Part shown: positions 12,200 to 23,489 of the stretch, in pieces
Layout of the letters: the number at the start of each line of letters is the position of its first letter
Position numbering within the stretch: the first letter of the stretch is position 1
NCBI GenBank assembly: GCA_028534125.1
Contig: CM052817.1
Location: forward strand, 102,736,001-102,800,000
DNA: 64,000 nt
Direction of reading: 5' to 3'
From: Lama glama
Lineage: Eukaryota
Notes under the pieces: generated by a model
Seen by the model: the letters and a program-made list of their open reading frames with translations, nothing else
Database searches by the model: none
What the model was told of the DNA's origin: nothing
Translations under genes and position numbers: made by a program

Positions 12200-12860
12200 A
12201 ACGTTTCCAGGGCTAGAGACCGAGCGCAGAGCCCGGGCCCCGCCGCCCGCCGCAGCGCGCGCTGGGACCGCTCCAGCCCGACCAGGTGGCGCCGGTTCCC
12301 CGCCGGCCCCGCCCCGCCCCGCACGGCGGGCCGAGCGCCCCGCACCAGCCAGGCGGGTGCACAGCCGAGCGCCGCCGACGCTCCGATTCTCTGCGACGCC
12401 CAAGTCCCCAGTTGTATTCACCCCGCATTCCCGCGGACAGCTCCCCACGGCTTGAGAACCCAGCGGCGGGCTTCGGGCAGGAGCTCGTCGCCTGGGCCTG
12501 CGCTTGGCTGCTCTCGGAGACCGCGCTCGCAAGCGGGAGGTTGCGGGGGTGGGAGGGGGACGGGACTAAGAGCAGAGGTAGGAGGCGGTTGCTAGGAAAC
12601 AGCGTCCCCGGGAGGAAGTGACTTCCCTGCCACCAGGTCTCTCGGACACCTAACACCGCCCTACAGCCCGACTAGTCACTGGGGCAACCGCCCAGACTAA
12701 GGAAATGATATCAGCCCTCTGGGTCTGGGGAGAGCGATGCTTTATTCGTGGCCTGTGTTTCAGTCGTTGCCTGGGAAACAGGACCGGCCAGCTCCCACCC
12801 CGGCGCTGAGAGCTGGCGCCGGCCAGTGGCTTGAGGGTCTTCATCCGCGCTGCTATAAAA
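12200..12860 (-). promoter_or_regulatory. CpG-island promoter and first exon of MAP9
   Basis: Very GC- and CpG-rich stretch in an AT-rich background, with tandem GC boxes at 12307-12322 and a candidate exon-1 donor GGG|GTGAAT at 12421-12416. Confidence 0.85.
12588..12779. promoter_or_regulatory. Cluster of three RFX X-box motifs plus an inverted ETS pair
   Basis: GTTGCTAGGAAAC (12588-12600), GTCACTGGGGCAAC (12675-12688), GTTGCCTGGGAAAC (12766-12779) and GGAAGTGACTTCC (12614-12626). Confidence 0.7.
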
Positions 12861-12944
12861 ACCAAAGCACATCCATCCTTTTGTCACAGGACATGAAGTT
12901 CTCTGAATCAGAGTGTGTACTGAGAGAATAGTGCACTGACAGAT

Positions 12945-13170
12945 GGGATAGAATAGCACAGTAGTGATGTTTGCAGGCTCAGGAGTCAAACTGCTCATTT
13001 GAATCCTAGCGCCCCTCCCTCTATCCGTGTGATGTCGTGCAAGTTAATGTCTGTATACCCGTTTCTTCCTCTGTTAAAAAAAATAGCGTTGCTGTGAGTA
13101 TTGAATGAAGTCATACAGATGATTAATTGGAAGAGTGCCTAGGATTGCATTCAGTCAATGTTAGAGAAGT
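12945..13170 (+). mobile_element. MIR SINE
   Basis: 'agcacagtagtga...gcaggctcaggagtcaaactgc...ttgaatcctagc...gtgtga...gcaagtta...gtttcttcctctgttaaaa' matches the MIR pattern. Confidence 0.65.
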
Positions 13171-13429
13171 TCTTTTTGGAACTCAGCCACAAAGGACCTG
13201 GACAGAAGTCATCCCTTGTCGACACAGCGAAAACCCATTCCTAGCGTTTCTTTAATGTAAAGTTTCCCCTCTTTTTCAGTGGAAAGTCTGGCTAAAATCA
13301 AAGCAGTCAACAAAATGATCTAATAGGCAGAGGACTGCTAAAGTAACCAAAATCAGCACCACTTAACTAGCATAGGTAATCCTTAAACAAAAGACAAAAA
13401 TACTTCTTTAAAGACTCTAAGATAGTGAG

Positions 13430-13560
13430 AGGGGAATATAGCTCAGTGGTAGGGCACATGCTTAGCATTGATGAGGTCCTGGGTTCAATCCCCAGTACCC
13501 TCATTAAAAAAATAAACAAATGAATAAATAAACCAAATTACCTCCTCTCCAAAAAATAAC
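13430..13560 (+). mobile_element. tRNA-derived SINE, Vic-1-like (camelid)
   Basis: 'ggggaatatagctcagtggtagggcacatgcttagcattgatgaggtcctgggttcaatccccagtacc' has pol III A and B boxes and is followed by an A-rich tail. The family assignment is from memory. Confidence 0.8.
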
Positions 13561-14843
13561 AAGGACTTCTACTATTTTGAATTTAAAAGAAGCTTAATCC
13601 TAGTTAAATTGTCTGAATGAATTTATTTTTTTATTGACCAGTAATTAAACTTGTTACCAATATTTTTCCTTATCTCTGAAATTTATTTTCAGTTGCTCAA
13701 CAATTATTTATAAACAAATCACATTGAGATATATGTTTAATAAATCAACATATTGAAAAACTAAATGTATATAACAAGAAATAAGAAATTTAGTAAAAAA
13801 ATATACTTTCAACAATATATGCAGCGCAACTTTTTAAATGCTGTGTTCAGTTTATGCTCAACTTGTCCTTGTTTGAAAAACTCAGTTTGATCAACATTTG
13901 CTTCATGTTGATGTTTTCAAACATTTTTAAGTGAGACTCTGCATAAGAAAAAGATTTTTCATTCACTACTTACCATTAACTTTCTGACCAGTATAAATTA
14001 CTACTCAACAAATATGATTCCATCATAGTACCGGTGCTCACCATGAGAGGACAGTATCCACATTTTCCTTATATGTGCAATACTAATTTACTCCTGTTGA
14101 AATATTTATATTCATTCAAAAATCTCTACTCTCTTCATTTTTTCCATCCATTTGGCTAATATAGTTTTCACTTAGATATGGGTTAAGAAAATAAAATACA
14201 AAAAAATTAATAAAAAGAGCCTTTAAGGAAGGAGCCTATATTTTATAGAACCCATTAGATTTATATTTTCAAGGTAATTCAAAAGAATTTTACAGTATGT
14301 CAAAGCTATGCCATACATAGTTACAGTGAAGACAGCTGGTTCTTTTCTCCACAACCCTAAAGCACAATACCTTTCCACTGATATCTTAAGCAGCAGAATA
14401 TTATGCACTTTCTTAATACTTTCAGGTAGCTTCAGTAGCATATGTTAATAGTATATAAAATCTGAATTAATAGTATAATGTTATCTAATGTATAGTAATA
14501 ATGTATTCAATTATTGAATGAATGAACTCAAGAATAAACAAACAGCATTTTAAACCAAAAAATAATTTTTGAAACATTCCTTAAAAAGCTCACAGATCTT
14601 CAGAAAATGGAAACACTCCAACACACAAAACTTAAGTAGTGTATGTAACATTTTCACTGTATTTCATTTTTCTAAAATATATTTGATTACATTTTTCTAA
14701 AATATATTTACCTAGCAAACCTTTTTTAAGTTTAATAATCTTTTCACTTCTGAACATCATTCATTCATTGGATAAGTAAGTATACCCATATCAATAACAT
14801 TCTAGGTCAGATTTGGTGAGTTTTAAGGTGAAGTAGATTGTTC

Positions 14844-16240
14844 CCCACACAAAAACTGTTAGAACTGATAAATCAATTCAGCAAGGTACCAGGATACAAG
14901 ATTAATATACACAAATATGTTGCATTTCTTTACACTAACAATGAAATATCAGAAAGAGAAAGTAGAAAGAAGATCCTGTTTAAAATTGTGTAAGAAAAAT
15001 ACCTAGGAATAAACCTGATCACAGAGGTGAAAGATGTGCTGAGAACAATAAAACATCAGTAAAGGAAATCAAAAAGATTCTAGGAAATGGGAAGATATCC
15101 TACATTCTTGGACTAAAGTAATCAATATAGTTGAAATGGCCATATTACAGAAAGCAATCTACAGAGTTGATGTAATCTCTATCAGATTACTCAGACATTT
15201 TTCACAGAACTAGGACAAATAATCCTAAAGGTTATATGGATCCACAAAAGACCAAGAATTGCCAGAGCAGTCCTGAGGAAAAAAAAGAAGGCTGAAGGCA
15301 TAACCCTTTGAGACTTCAGACAACACTACAAAGCTATAGTAATCAAAACAGTGTGGTATCAACACAAAAACAGACATATAGATTAATCGAACACAATAGA
15401 GAGTCCAGAAATAATCCTACACAGCTATTTAAACTTCAACAAAGGAGGCAAGAATATACAATGGAGGAAAAAAAACAGTCTTTTCAGCAAATGGTGCTGG
15501 GAAAGCTGGACAGCTGCATGTAAATCAGTGAGGTCAGAACACTCCCTCAGACTATACACAAAAGCAAATTCAAAATTCCTTAAAGACTTAAATATGAGAC
15601 ATGATACCATAAAGCTCTTAGAAAAGAATAACAACAAAACATTCTCTGACATAAGGGTAGCAATGTTTTCTTGAGTCAGTCTCCCAAATCAAAAGAAATA
15701 AAAGCAAAACTATACTAATGGGATCTATTCAAACTTATTAGCTTTTGCAGAACAAAGGAAACCATAAATAAAACAAAGACAGTCTACAGACTGAGAGAGA
15801 ATATTTACAAATGGTGCAACTGACAAAGGCTTAATTTCCAAAATATACATACAGTTCATACAACTCAATATCAAAAAAACCCCGACAACCCAATCAGAAA
15901 ATGGGCAGAAAACCTAAATAGACATTTCTCCAAAGAAGACATACAGATGGCCAACAGGCACATGAAAAAGGATAAATTAGGAGTATAGGATAACAGATAC
16001 ACACTGCATATATAAAATAGATACACAACAAAGATTTGTTGTATAGTACAGGGAATTATATTCAGTATGTTGTAATAACTTATAATGGAAAATAATCAAA
16101 AAATAATATAATATTACATATATAACATATATATGTATATAACTGAATAACTTTGCTGTACACCTGAAACTAACACAACATTGTAAGTCAACTATACTTC
16201 AATTTTAAAAAAGCCAGACCAAAAAACAAAACAAAACAAA
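14844..16240 (+). mobile_element. 5'-truncated L1 (ORF2 3' part plus 3' UTR, internal deletion near 15968)
   Basis: Degenerate ORF2 motifs (KLLELI..FSKV.GYKIN; DFRQHYKAIVIKTVWY), a 3' UTR and a (CAAAA)n tail. Confidence 0.9.
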
Positions 16241-16844
16241 ATGAAATAGAAAACATCTGTGGGATGAAATAATTATATATATTTATATATAATTACACAC
16301 ACATGGTCTAATACACGAATAGATTATCTCTAGAGGAACATAAATAAAATAGGAAAGAATAAAAAAAATCACCATCCTAGTTGTTCTTTGCCAGACAATG
16401 TAATTTGATTTTGTCCTTCGAGAGTTGTTTGTAAAGGTGAACAGAATGACCTAGATGTGGTTCAATGTGTGCAAAGGAATAATCCCTTTTTAAGGTCTGA
16501 ACAATGCAGACACAGTCTGAGCTTACGTTAAAATTTTTCTAGGAGATGGGTTTCACTTTTGGTTCATGTTGTGGGCTTCTAATTAACCAAAGGCTGTGAT
16601 TTTTCTAGGTGTCCTATGATTCAACAAGTTCTTTGAACCTAAATGTTGAATTTGCTATTTTAATATGTTAAATATCGTCTTTTAAACTACAGAAAATTTT
16701 GAGTTTTATTTTGTCATCCAGCAAATCATTTTCAATTTTTGTTTTATCCTTAAATTTAACAAGTATATGTACATGGCATGTTTCTATACAAGTCATTGCT
16801 AAAAAAATAATTAGGATATTTAATTTATCTACATTCATGGATGC

Positions 16845-17990
16845 CTTTTTTGTTATTGAGGTATAGTCAGTTTACAATGTTGTATCAGTTTCTGGTGCAC
16901 AGCACAATGCCTCAGTCACACATGAATCTACATATATTCATTTTCATATTCTTTTTCACCATAAGCTACTACAAGATATTGAATATAGTTCCCTGTGCTT
17001 TACAGTATAAACTTGTTTATCTATTTTATATATACCAGTCAGAATCTGCAAATCTCAAACTCCCAGTTTATNNNNNNNNNNNNNNNNNNNNNNNNNNNNN
17101 NNNNNNNNNNNNNNNNNNNNNNNNNNNNNNNNNNNNNNNNNNNNNNNNNNNNNNNNNNNNNNNNNNNNNNNNNNNNNNNNNNNNNNNNNNNNNNNNNNNN
17201 NNNNNNNNNNNNNNNNNNNNNNNNNNNNNNNNNNNNNNNNNNNNNNNNNNNNNNNNNNNNNNNNNNNNNNNNNNNNNNNNNNNNNNNNNNNNNNNNNNNN
17301 NNNNNNNNNNNNNNNNNNNNNNNNNNNNNNNNNNNNNNNNNNNNNNNNNNNNNNNNNNNNNNNNNNNNNNNNNNNNNNNNNNNNNNNNNNNNNNNNNNNN
17401 NNNNNNNNNNNNNNNNNNNNNNNNNNNNNNNNNNNNNNNNNNNNNNNNNNNNNNNNNNNNNNNNNNNNNNNNNNNNNNNNNNNNNNNNNNNNNNNNNNNN
17501 NNNNNNNNNNNNNNNNNNNNNNNNNNNNNNNNNNNNNNNNNNNNNNNNNNNNNNNNNNNNNNNNNNNNNNNTGTCATTTTCTTTTGTTCATGCTTTCCTT
17601 TGCTGTGCACAAGCTCGTAAGTTTAATTAGGTCCCATTTGCTAATTAGGACCCTTTGTGCTCCTTTCACTTAGTTCTCTCGATCAAGGCCTGCTTTGCAC
17701 AGATCTGAGCTTCAGAGGTTCCCCCTCTGTCCCTGCTGACCTCTCAGTTGGAGAGGGAGCCCCAGCATGAGAGTGTTACTTGCCTTTTGCTGTTCTTTCC
17801 TCACAGAACCAGTCCCCCAGTAATTTCCTTTTTCCTTCTTCTACATTTTTATTGTCCACAATGTTCTGTCAAAGTTCAGCAGGTGTTCTGAGTGAATGGG
17901 TGGGTCCATGGATGTCTCTCTTGGTGTATTCATGGGAGAGGCTGAACTAAGAGTGTCCATCTACTCCGCCGTCTTGGCCACCTTCTCCGT
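16845..17990 (-). mobile_element. L1 pieces: 3' terminus, gap, ORF2 end and a 5' UTR start
   Basis: 'ttttttgttattgaggtatagtcagtttacaatgttg' is the reverse of an L1 3' end. 17572-17640 is ORF2 end sequence. 17650-17985 is a 5' UTR start homologous to 20230-20612. Confidence 0.8.
17072..17571. other. Assembly gap (500 N)
   Basis: Run of n characters. Confidence 1.
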
Positions 17991-20615
17991 TACTGTATCT
18001 ATTTACTTTAAACTGATAGTTATATAAGTTCAAACACATCCTAAAAAGAATGATAAAATGAAAAGAAAAAGTCTATATTTTCTTGCTCTCCTCTCCCACC
18101 TTAAATGATTCTGATATCCTTTTTAACATCTTCATTATTTTATGGCAACTGATTGTAGCTTTTGTATTTCTAATTATGGTTTTCTCCTTTCCATAGCATC
18201 CTGCTTCTTTTCTATTTAGAACAGACTTTTCAAATTTCTTTTAGCATAAGTTTAGTATTGCTAAATTCCTTTAGTTGTTGCTTGTCTGTGAAATTCTTTA
18301 TCTCTCCTCTATTCTAATGAATAGTCTTGCTGGATAGAGTATCCTAGGTTGTAGCTTTTTCTCATTCAGGACTTTGAATATATCTTGTCACTCCTTTTTG
18401 GCCTGCAATGTTTGTGTTGAAAAAATTAACTGAAAGCCTTATGGGGGTTCCCTTGTAACTATTTGCTTTTCTCTTGCTGCCTTTAGAATCATATCTTTAT
18501 CTTTAACCTTGGCCATCTTAACTATAATGTCTTGGTATAGGTCTATTTGTGTTCTTGTTTGGGACCCTCTGTGGTTTCTGTACTTGGATATCTGATTCCG
18601 TCTTTAGATTTGGGAAGTTTTCAGTCATGGTTTCTTCAAATATTTTTTCAATTCCCTTTTCCCCTTCTCCTCCTTCTGAGGCCCCTATTATGCGTAGGTT
18701 GGCACACTTTATATTATCCCATATGTCCTTTATATTGCTTTCATTAGGTTTCACTTGCTTTTCTGTCTCTTGTTCTGATTGTATGATTTCTGTTTTCCTG
18801 CCTTCTAAGTTACTTATTCATCCCTCTGCATTATTGTGTATGCTTTTTACTGACTTTAGATCGCATCTTATCTCAGTCATTGAGTTTTCTCTTTTTAATT
18901 GGTTCCTCTTTATATTTTCTGTTTCCTTTTTACAGTATCCTGCATTCATAGTCTCTCTTATTTTCTTCATCCTTTTATCATCCCTTTCAATTTCATGATC
19001 TAATAGACTGTTAAGTTCTATTTCATTGATTGTTGTTTCAGGGGACATCTCTTGTTGTTTTATTTGGGAGTAGTTCCTCTGCTTCTTTATTTCACTTATA
19101 TCTCTCTGGCTCTCTGGATTAAGCAGTATCTGTTCGCTACTGTGGTCCTGAAGAGCTGTTTTTCAAGAGAATGCATTACTGTGTAGACAGTATGCATCTA
19201 ATAATTTTCTCATGAGGTCTGTTTGTAGTACGGATGGTTGCCATGTCTTTTTTCCATGTGTGTTGGCTGTTATACCTTTGATTAGGGGTGCGGCCAGTGT
19301 TGTGGTGATCAGAACCTACCCTGGTTGTTGAGCAGCGCCTTCTTTTAGCACTGTGGTTGTCACAGCCCTCTCGGGGGCTGTTCCCCTTTTGTTGGAATGG
19401 AGGCTTCCAGATGTGTTTCTGACCTGCAGTGTGCTGTAGGCGGGGTTGGAGTACTTCAGGTACCCTTTGTTGATGCTGCCCTTGTCCCTGCTTTAATCGC
19501 AGGAATGTCAGTACTCTGCTCTGATGTCTCCCAAGTTCTGTGCCCTCAGAGCTACCAGTTCAGATCCACCAACGTCAGGCACCAAGGTCCACTATAGTGT
19601 TTACACAATCAGACACCTGAATCCATGGTGCACTGCTTGGTCATACACTGACCTCATCCGTGTACAGTATGTATATCTGCTGAAAACTCTGCACCTGCAC
19701 TTGCCCCTGCTGTGTGCCAGAACTCCACTCCTTGCTCATTTGTCTTAGAGGTGTGGGTCCATAAAGGCACTTGTTCAACAAATTGGTCCCCTCTGCTTAG
19801 GGCTGTAAACAAATCTCAGTCCCACCTGTGAAGTGGCAGAGCCCCTGGGCATGGATTCAGGTTTCAACCTCGCCTCTGCCTGGGATTGATGCACCAGCAA
19901 ATATGATGGCTATGGCTGAGTCCTGCCTCTCTTCTCGGGAGAATGCGCCAGCAATGGTGCCATGGGCCTGTGGAGACAATGGCTGTGCCCAGATGCTTTG
20001 GGCACCTTCCCTCGATGAGCACCAACAGTGCACATTTTTTTATGGAGGCCCATGCTGTTCTATATACACTATCAACCACATGCTGTTCTGTATACACTAC
20101 CAGCCACAACCCACAGCACACTGCAGTCCCTTGAGGCTGCCTCTGCACGGTCAGCCCCAGCCCTCTGCCTGGGCTCAGCCAGCCCGTCCTGGCCCACCCC
20201 TGACGGCTTGTGCCCGGGGCTTGGGATTGCAGGGACCCTTTGTGCTGGTTTCTCTCCATTGTCTCAGCCAAGCGGCTGCTGTGCAGTCCTCCAAGCCTCG
20301 GTGGCTCCCCCTCCATCCCCACTGACCTCTCTGTTGGAAGAGGGGTGTCCCAGTGTAGGAGTGCTATTCCTCCTTTGCTGCTCCCTCCCCGTGGATCAGG
20401 TCCCACACTGATTTCCTTTTTCTTCTCCTTTTTTTTTTTTTTTTTTTTTTTGCCCTCCTACCAGATTTTTGAGGAATCTTGTCTTTTAAAGTAGACAATG
20501 TTCTGTCAAAGTTCAGCAGGCGTTCTGGGTGAATGGGTGAGTCCATGTAAGTCTCTCTTGGTGAATTCATGGGAGAGGGTGAGCTAAGAGTGATCTACTC
20601 CACCATCTTGGCCCT
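17990..20615 (-). mobile_element. L1 5' UTR, ORF1 and inter-ORF region (degenerate)
   Basis: ORF1-like peptides 18518..18754 (DIWDNIKCANLRIIG...ENFPNL) and 18818..19048. The 5' end GGCCAAGATGGTGGAGTAG is at ~20612. Confidence 0.9.
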
Positions 20616-20616
20616 C

Positions 20617-22840
20617 TGTATGTTTAGTTTTTTGAGGAACTTCTGTACTGTTTTCTAGAGTGACTGCACCAATTTACAATCACACCCTTGGTGCATAAAG
20701 TTTCCTTTTTCTCCACATCCTTGCCAACATTTATTACTTGTTGTCTTCTTGATTGTAGCCATTCTGACAGGTGTGAGGTAATATCTCATTGTGATTTTGA
20801 TTTACATTTCCCTTATTATGAGTGATATGGACCATTTCTTCATGTTCCTCTTAGCCATCTGTATGTCTTGTTTGGAAAAATGTCTATTCAGTTCTTCTGC
20901 CCATTTTGAAAAACTGAACTGTTTGTTTTTTGTATTGAGTGGTATGAGTTCTTTGTATGTTATAGTAATAACCCATTAGTAGATACATCATTTGTAAATA
21001 TCTTCTCCCATTCAGTAGGTGGTCTTTTTGTTTTGTTGATCTTCTCCTATTCAGTAGGTGGTCTTTTTGTTTTGTTGATAGTTTCCTTCACTATGCAAAA
21101 CCTTTTTAGTATGATGAAGTCCTATTTTTTTTTATTTTGCTTTTTCTTGCCTTGCCTGAGGAGACATATTCAAGAAAATATTGCTAAGATTGATGTCAAA
21201 GGATGTACTGCCTACATTTTCTCATAAGTTTTATGGCTTCTGGTCTTACTTTTAAGCCTTTAATCCATTTTCAGTTTATTTTTCTGTATGGTGTGAGAAC
21301 AATTTCTAATCCCATTATTTTACACATAGCTGTCCAGTTTTCTCAGCACCACTTATTGAAGAAGCTGTCTTTCCCTCATTGCATATTCTTCCTTTGTCAT
21401 TGATAATTTGACCATATAACCTTGGGTTTATTTCTGGGCACTATTCTATTCTGCTTACTGATGTGACTCTTTTTGTGGCAATACCATACTGCTTTGATTA
21501 CAGTAGCTTTGAGTATACTTTGAAATTAGGGCACATGATACCTCCAGCTTTGCTCTCCTTTCTCAAGGTTCTGTTTTCTATTTGGGGTCTTTTGTATTTC
21601 CATACAAATTTTAGAATTCCTTGTCCTAATTCTGTGAAAAATGTCATTGGTATTGACTTAGGGGTTGAATCTGTAGATTGTCTTGGGGAGTATGATCATT
21701 TTAATAGTGTTTAGTATTTCAATCAATGAGCACAGTATATTTTTCCATTTGTTTGTGTGTCTTCAGCTTCTTTCTCAGTGTCTCATAGTTTTCCAAATGC
21801 AGGTTTTTACCTCCTTGGTTAGATTCATTCCTAGGTATTTTATTCTTTTTAATTTAAATGTAAGTGAAATTGTTCTCGTATTTTCTCTTTTTTATAGTTT
21901 TTTGCCAGTGTGCATAGATTTCTATTTATCAATTTTGTATCTGCAACTGTACTACAATCATTTATTAGTTCTAATATATTTTTGGTAGCCTCTTTAGGAT
22001 TTTCTTTATATACTGTTATTTCATTTCTAAACAGTGACTCTTCTTCTTTTCCCATGAATTCCTTTTCTTTTCTTTTCTTTTTATCTTTCTTTTTTTCTTT
22101 TCTTTTGGTCTCATTGCTGTGGCTAGGACTTCCAATACTATGCTGAATAAAAACCGTAAGTGTGGGCATCCTGGTCTTGTTCCGGATCTTAGAGAAAATG
22201 TTTTCAAATTTTCACCATTAAGTATGATGTTGGCTGCTGGTTTATCATATATGGCTTTCATTATGTTGAGGTATAGTCTCTCTATACCTATTTTCTTGAG
22301 AGTTTTTTTTTTTTATTATAAATGGATATTTTGTCAAAAGCTTTTTTGCATCTATTGAGATGATTATATGGTTTTTATTCTTCAGCTTGTTAATGTGGTA
22401 TACCACAGAGTTTGATATGCAGATATTGAACCATCCTTGCATTCCTGGTGGAACTCCTGCTTAAGCATGGTGCATGATCCCACTAATGTATTATTCAATT
22501 TGTTATGCTGGTGTCTGTTAAGGATTTTTCATCTATGCTCTTCAGTGATATTGGTCTTGTATTTTTCCCTTTTTTGTGTGTGATGATTTTGTCTGGTTTT
22601 GGTATCAGGGTGATGTTGGCCTTGTAGAATTAGTTCAGAAGTATTACTTCCTCTTCAATATTTTGGACTAGTTTGAGAAGGATAAATGTTACCTATTCTT
22701 TAAATATTTGATAGGTCTCACCTGTAAAGCTGTCTATTCCTGAATTTTTGCCTATTGGGAAATTTTTATTACTAATTCAATTTCATTACTGGTAATTGGT
22801 GAGGTCAGGATCTTCCTACTTTGCCATCTTCGTCACCTCC
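20617..22840 (-). mobile_element. L1 ORF2 (RT to C-terminus), degenerate, capped by a ~40-nt L1 5' end
   Basis: RT-like peptides 22016..22261 ([18 protein letters not shown]...SGTRPGCP) and 22245..22442 (MQGWFNI...IISIDAKK). Confidence 0.9.
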
Positions 22841-23489
22841 CGAGGTGCTTTTTGTAAGATTATATTGTTAACTTTTGCTGCTAAATGATTATATGAATAA
22901 ATATCAAAATTCTGTTATGCTATCCCAGCTCCATTTCCCATCTTGAGAATGGATAATTTTGTTTATAAGCTGAAAATATTTGACTGTGGCAAAATAAGTT
23001 ATATTATACAAAAGTTGAAATTTTATGAAGCACAAATGCAAGGAAGAAGACAGTGAATATGCCTATGGTATCTTGTCTGAAAGTCTAAACCACACTGTTT
23101 GGAATAATTCCCCACAAATGGTAGTAAAATGCACTTGGATGTTTCATATTACAATTATGCCTTATATATGTGAGACATGCTCAGGGCCTTACATGCTTTT
23201 TGGAATCACCCTACATTTACTTCTGTACCAGGTAGGTTTCATGGTATTGACTCAAATTATGTGATAAGTCTGAATTCAGGTCGAATACACTTGTGCAGAG
23301 TGAAAGGCAGGCTGGTTGAAGGCAAGACAATTAGAAAGCACACATCAAAAGAAATTTTGGAGATTAATAATATTTCACACTGTATAGGAGCCAGCCTTTC
23401 CATCATTTCCTAAGATAAATTTCTCAACGTTATAAAAATAGCACTAAAAGACTAAAAGTTAAATATTCACTAGCAACTGTTAACTATGC

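Larger units (their letters stand above)
9260..12600 (-). pseudogene. MAP9: MAP9 (microtubule-associated protein 9) 5' portion, apparently inactivated unprocessed copy
   Basis: Three intron-separated segments encode SDEVFSTPLAYTKSPKVIKRTTFQ, DELIKAITARSARQRSSEYADDF and ...DENSLKKNIHDFHISDDEKK...KPRILPIKSSS, matching the MAP9 N-terminus. They carry multiple disabling lesions (see findings). Confidence 0.8.

Noticed and set aside
12101..12998. Several overlapping 60-150 aa Arg/Pro/Gly/Ala-rich ORFs
   Set aside because: Expected by-product of a GC-rich CpG island with few stop codons; no recognisable domain.
13430..13502. tRNA-Ala-like gene
   Set aside because: The acceptor stem is degenerate and it is followed by an A-rich SINE tail, so it is a tRNA-derived SINE.
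16841..17630. Long ORFs of 180-259 aa
   Set aside because: Artefacts of translating through the N gap.
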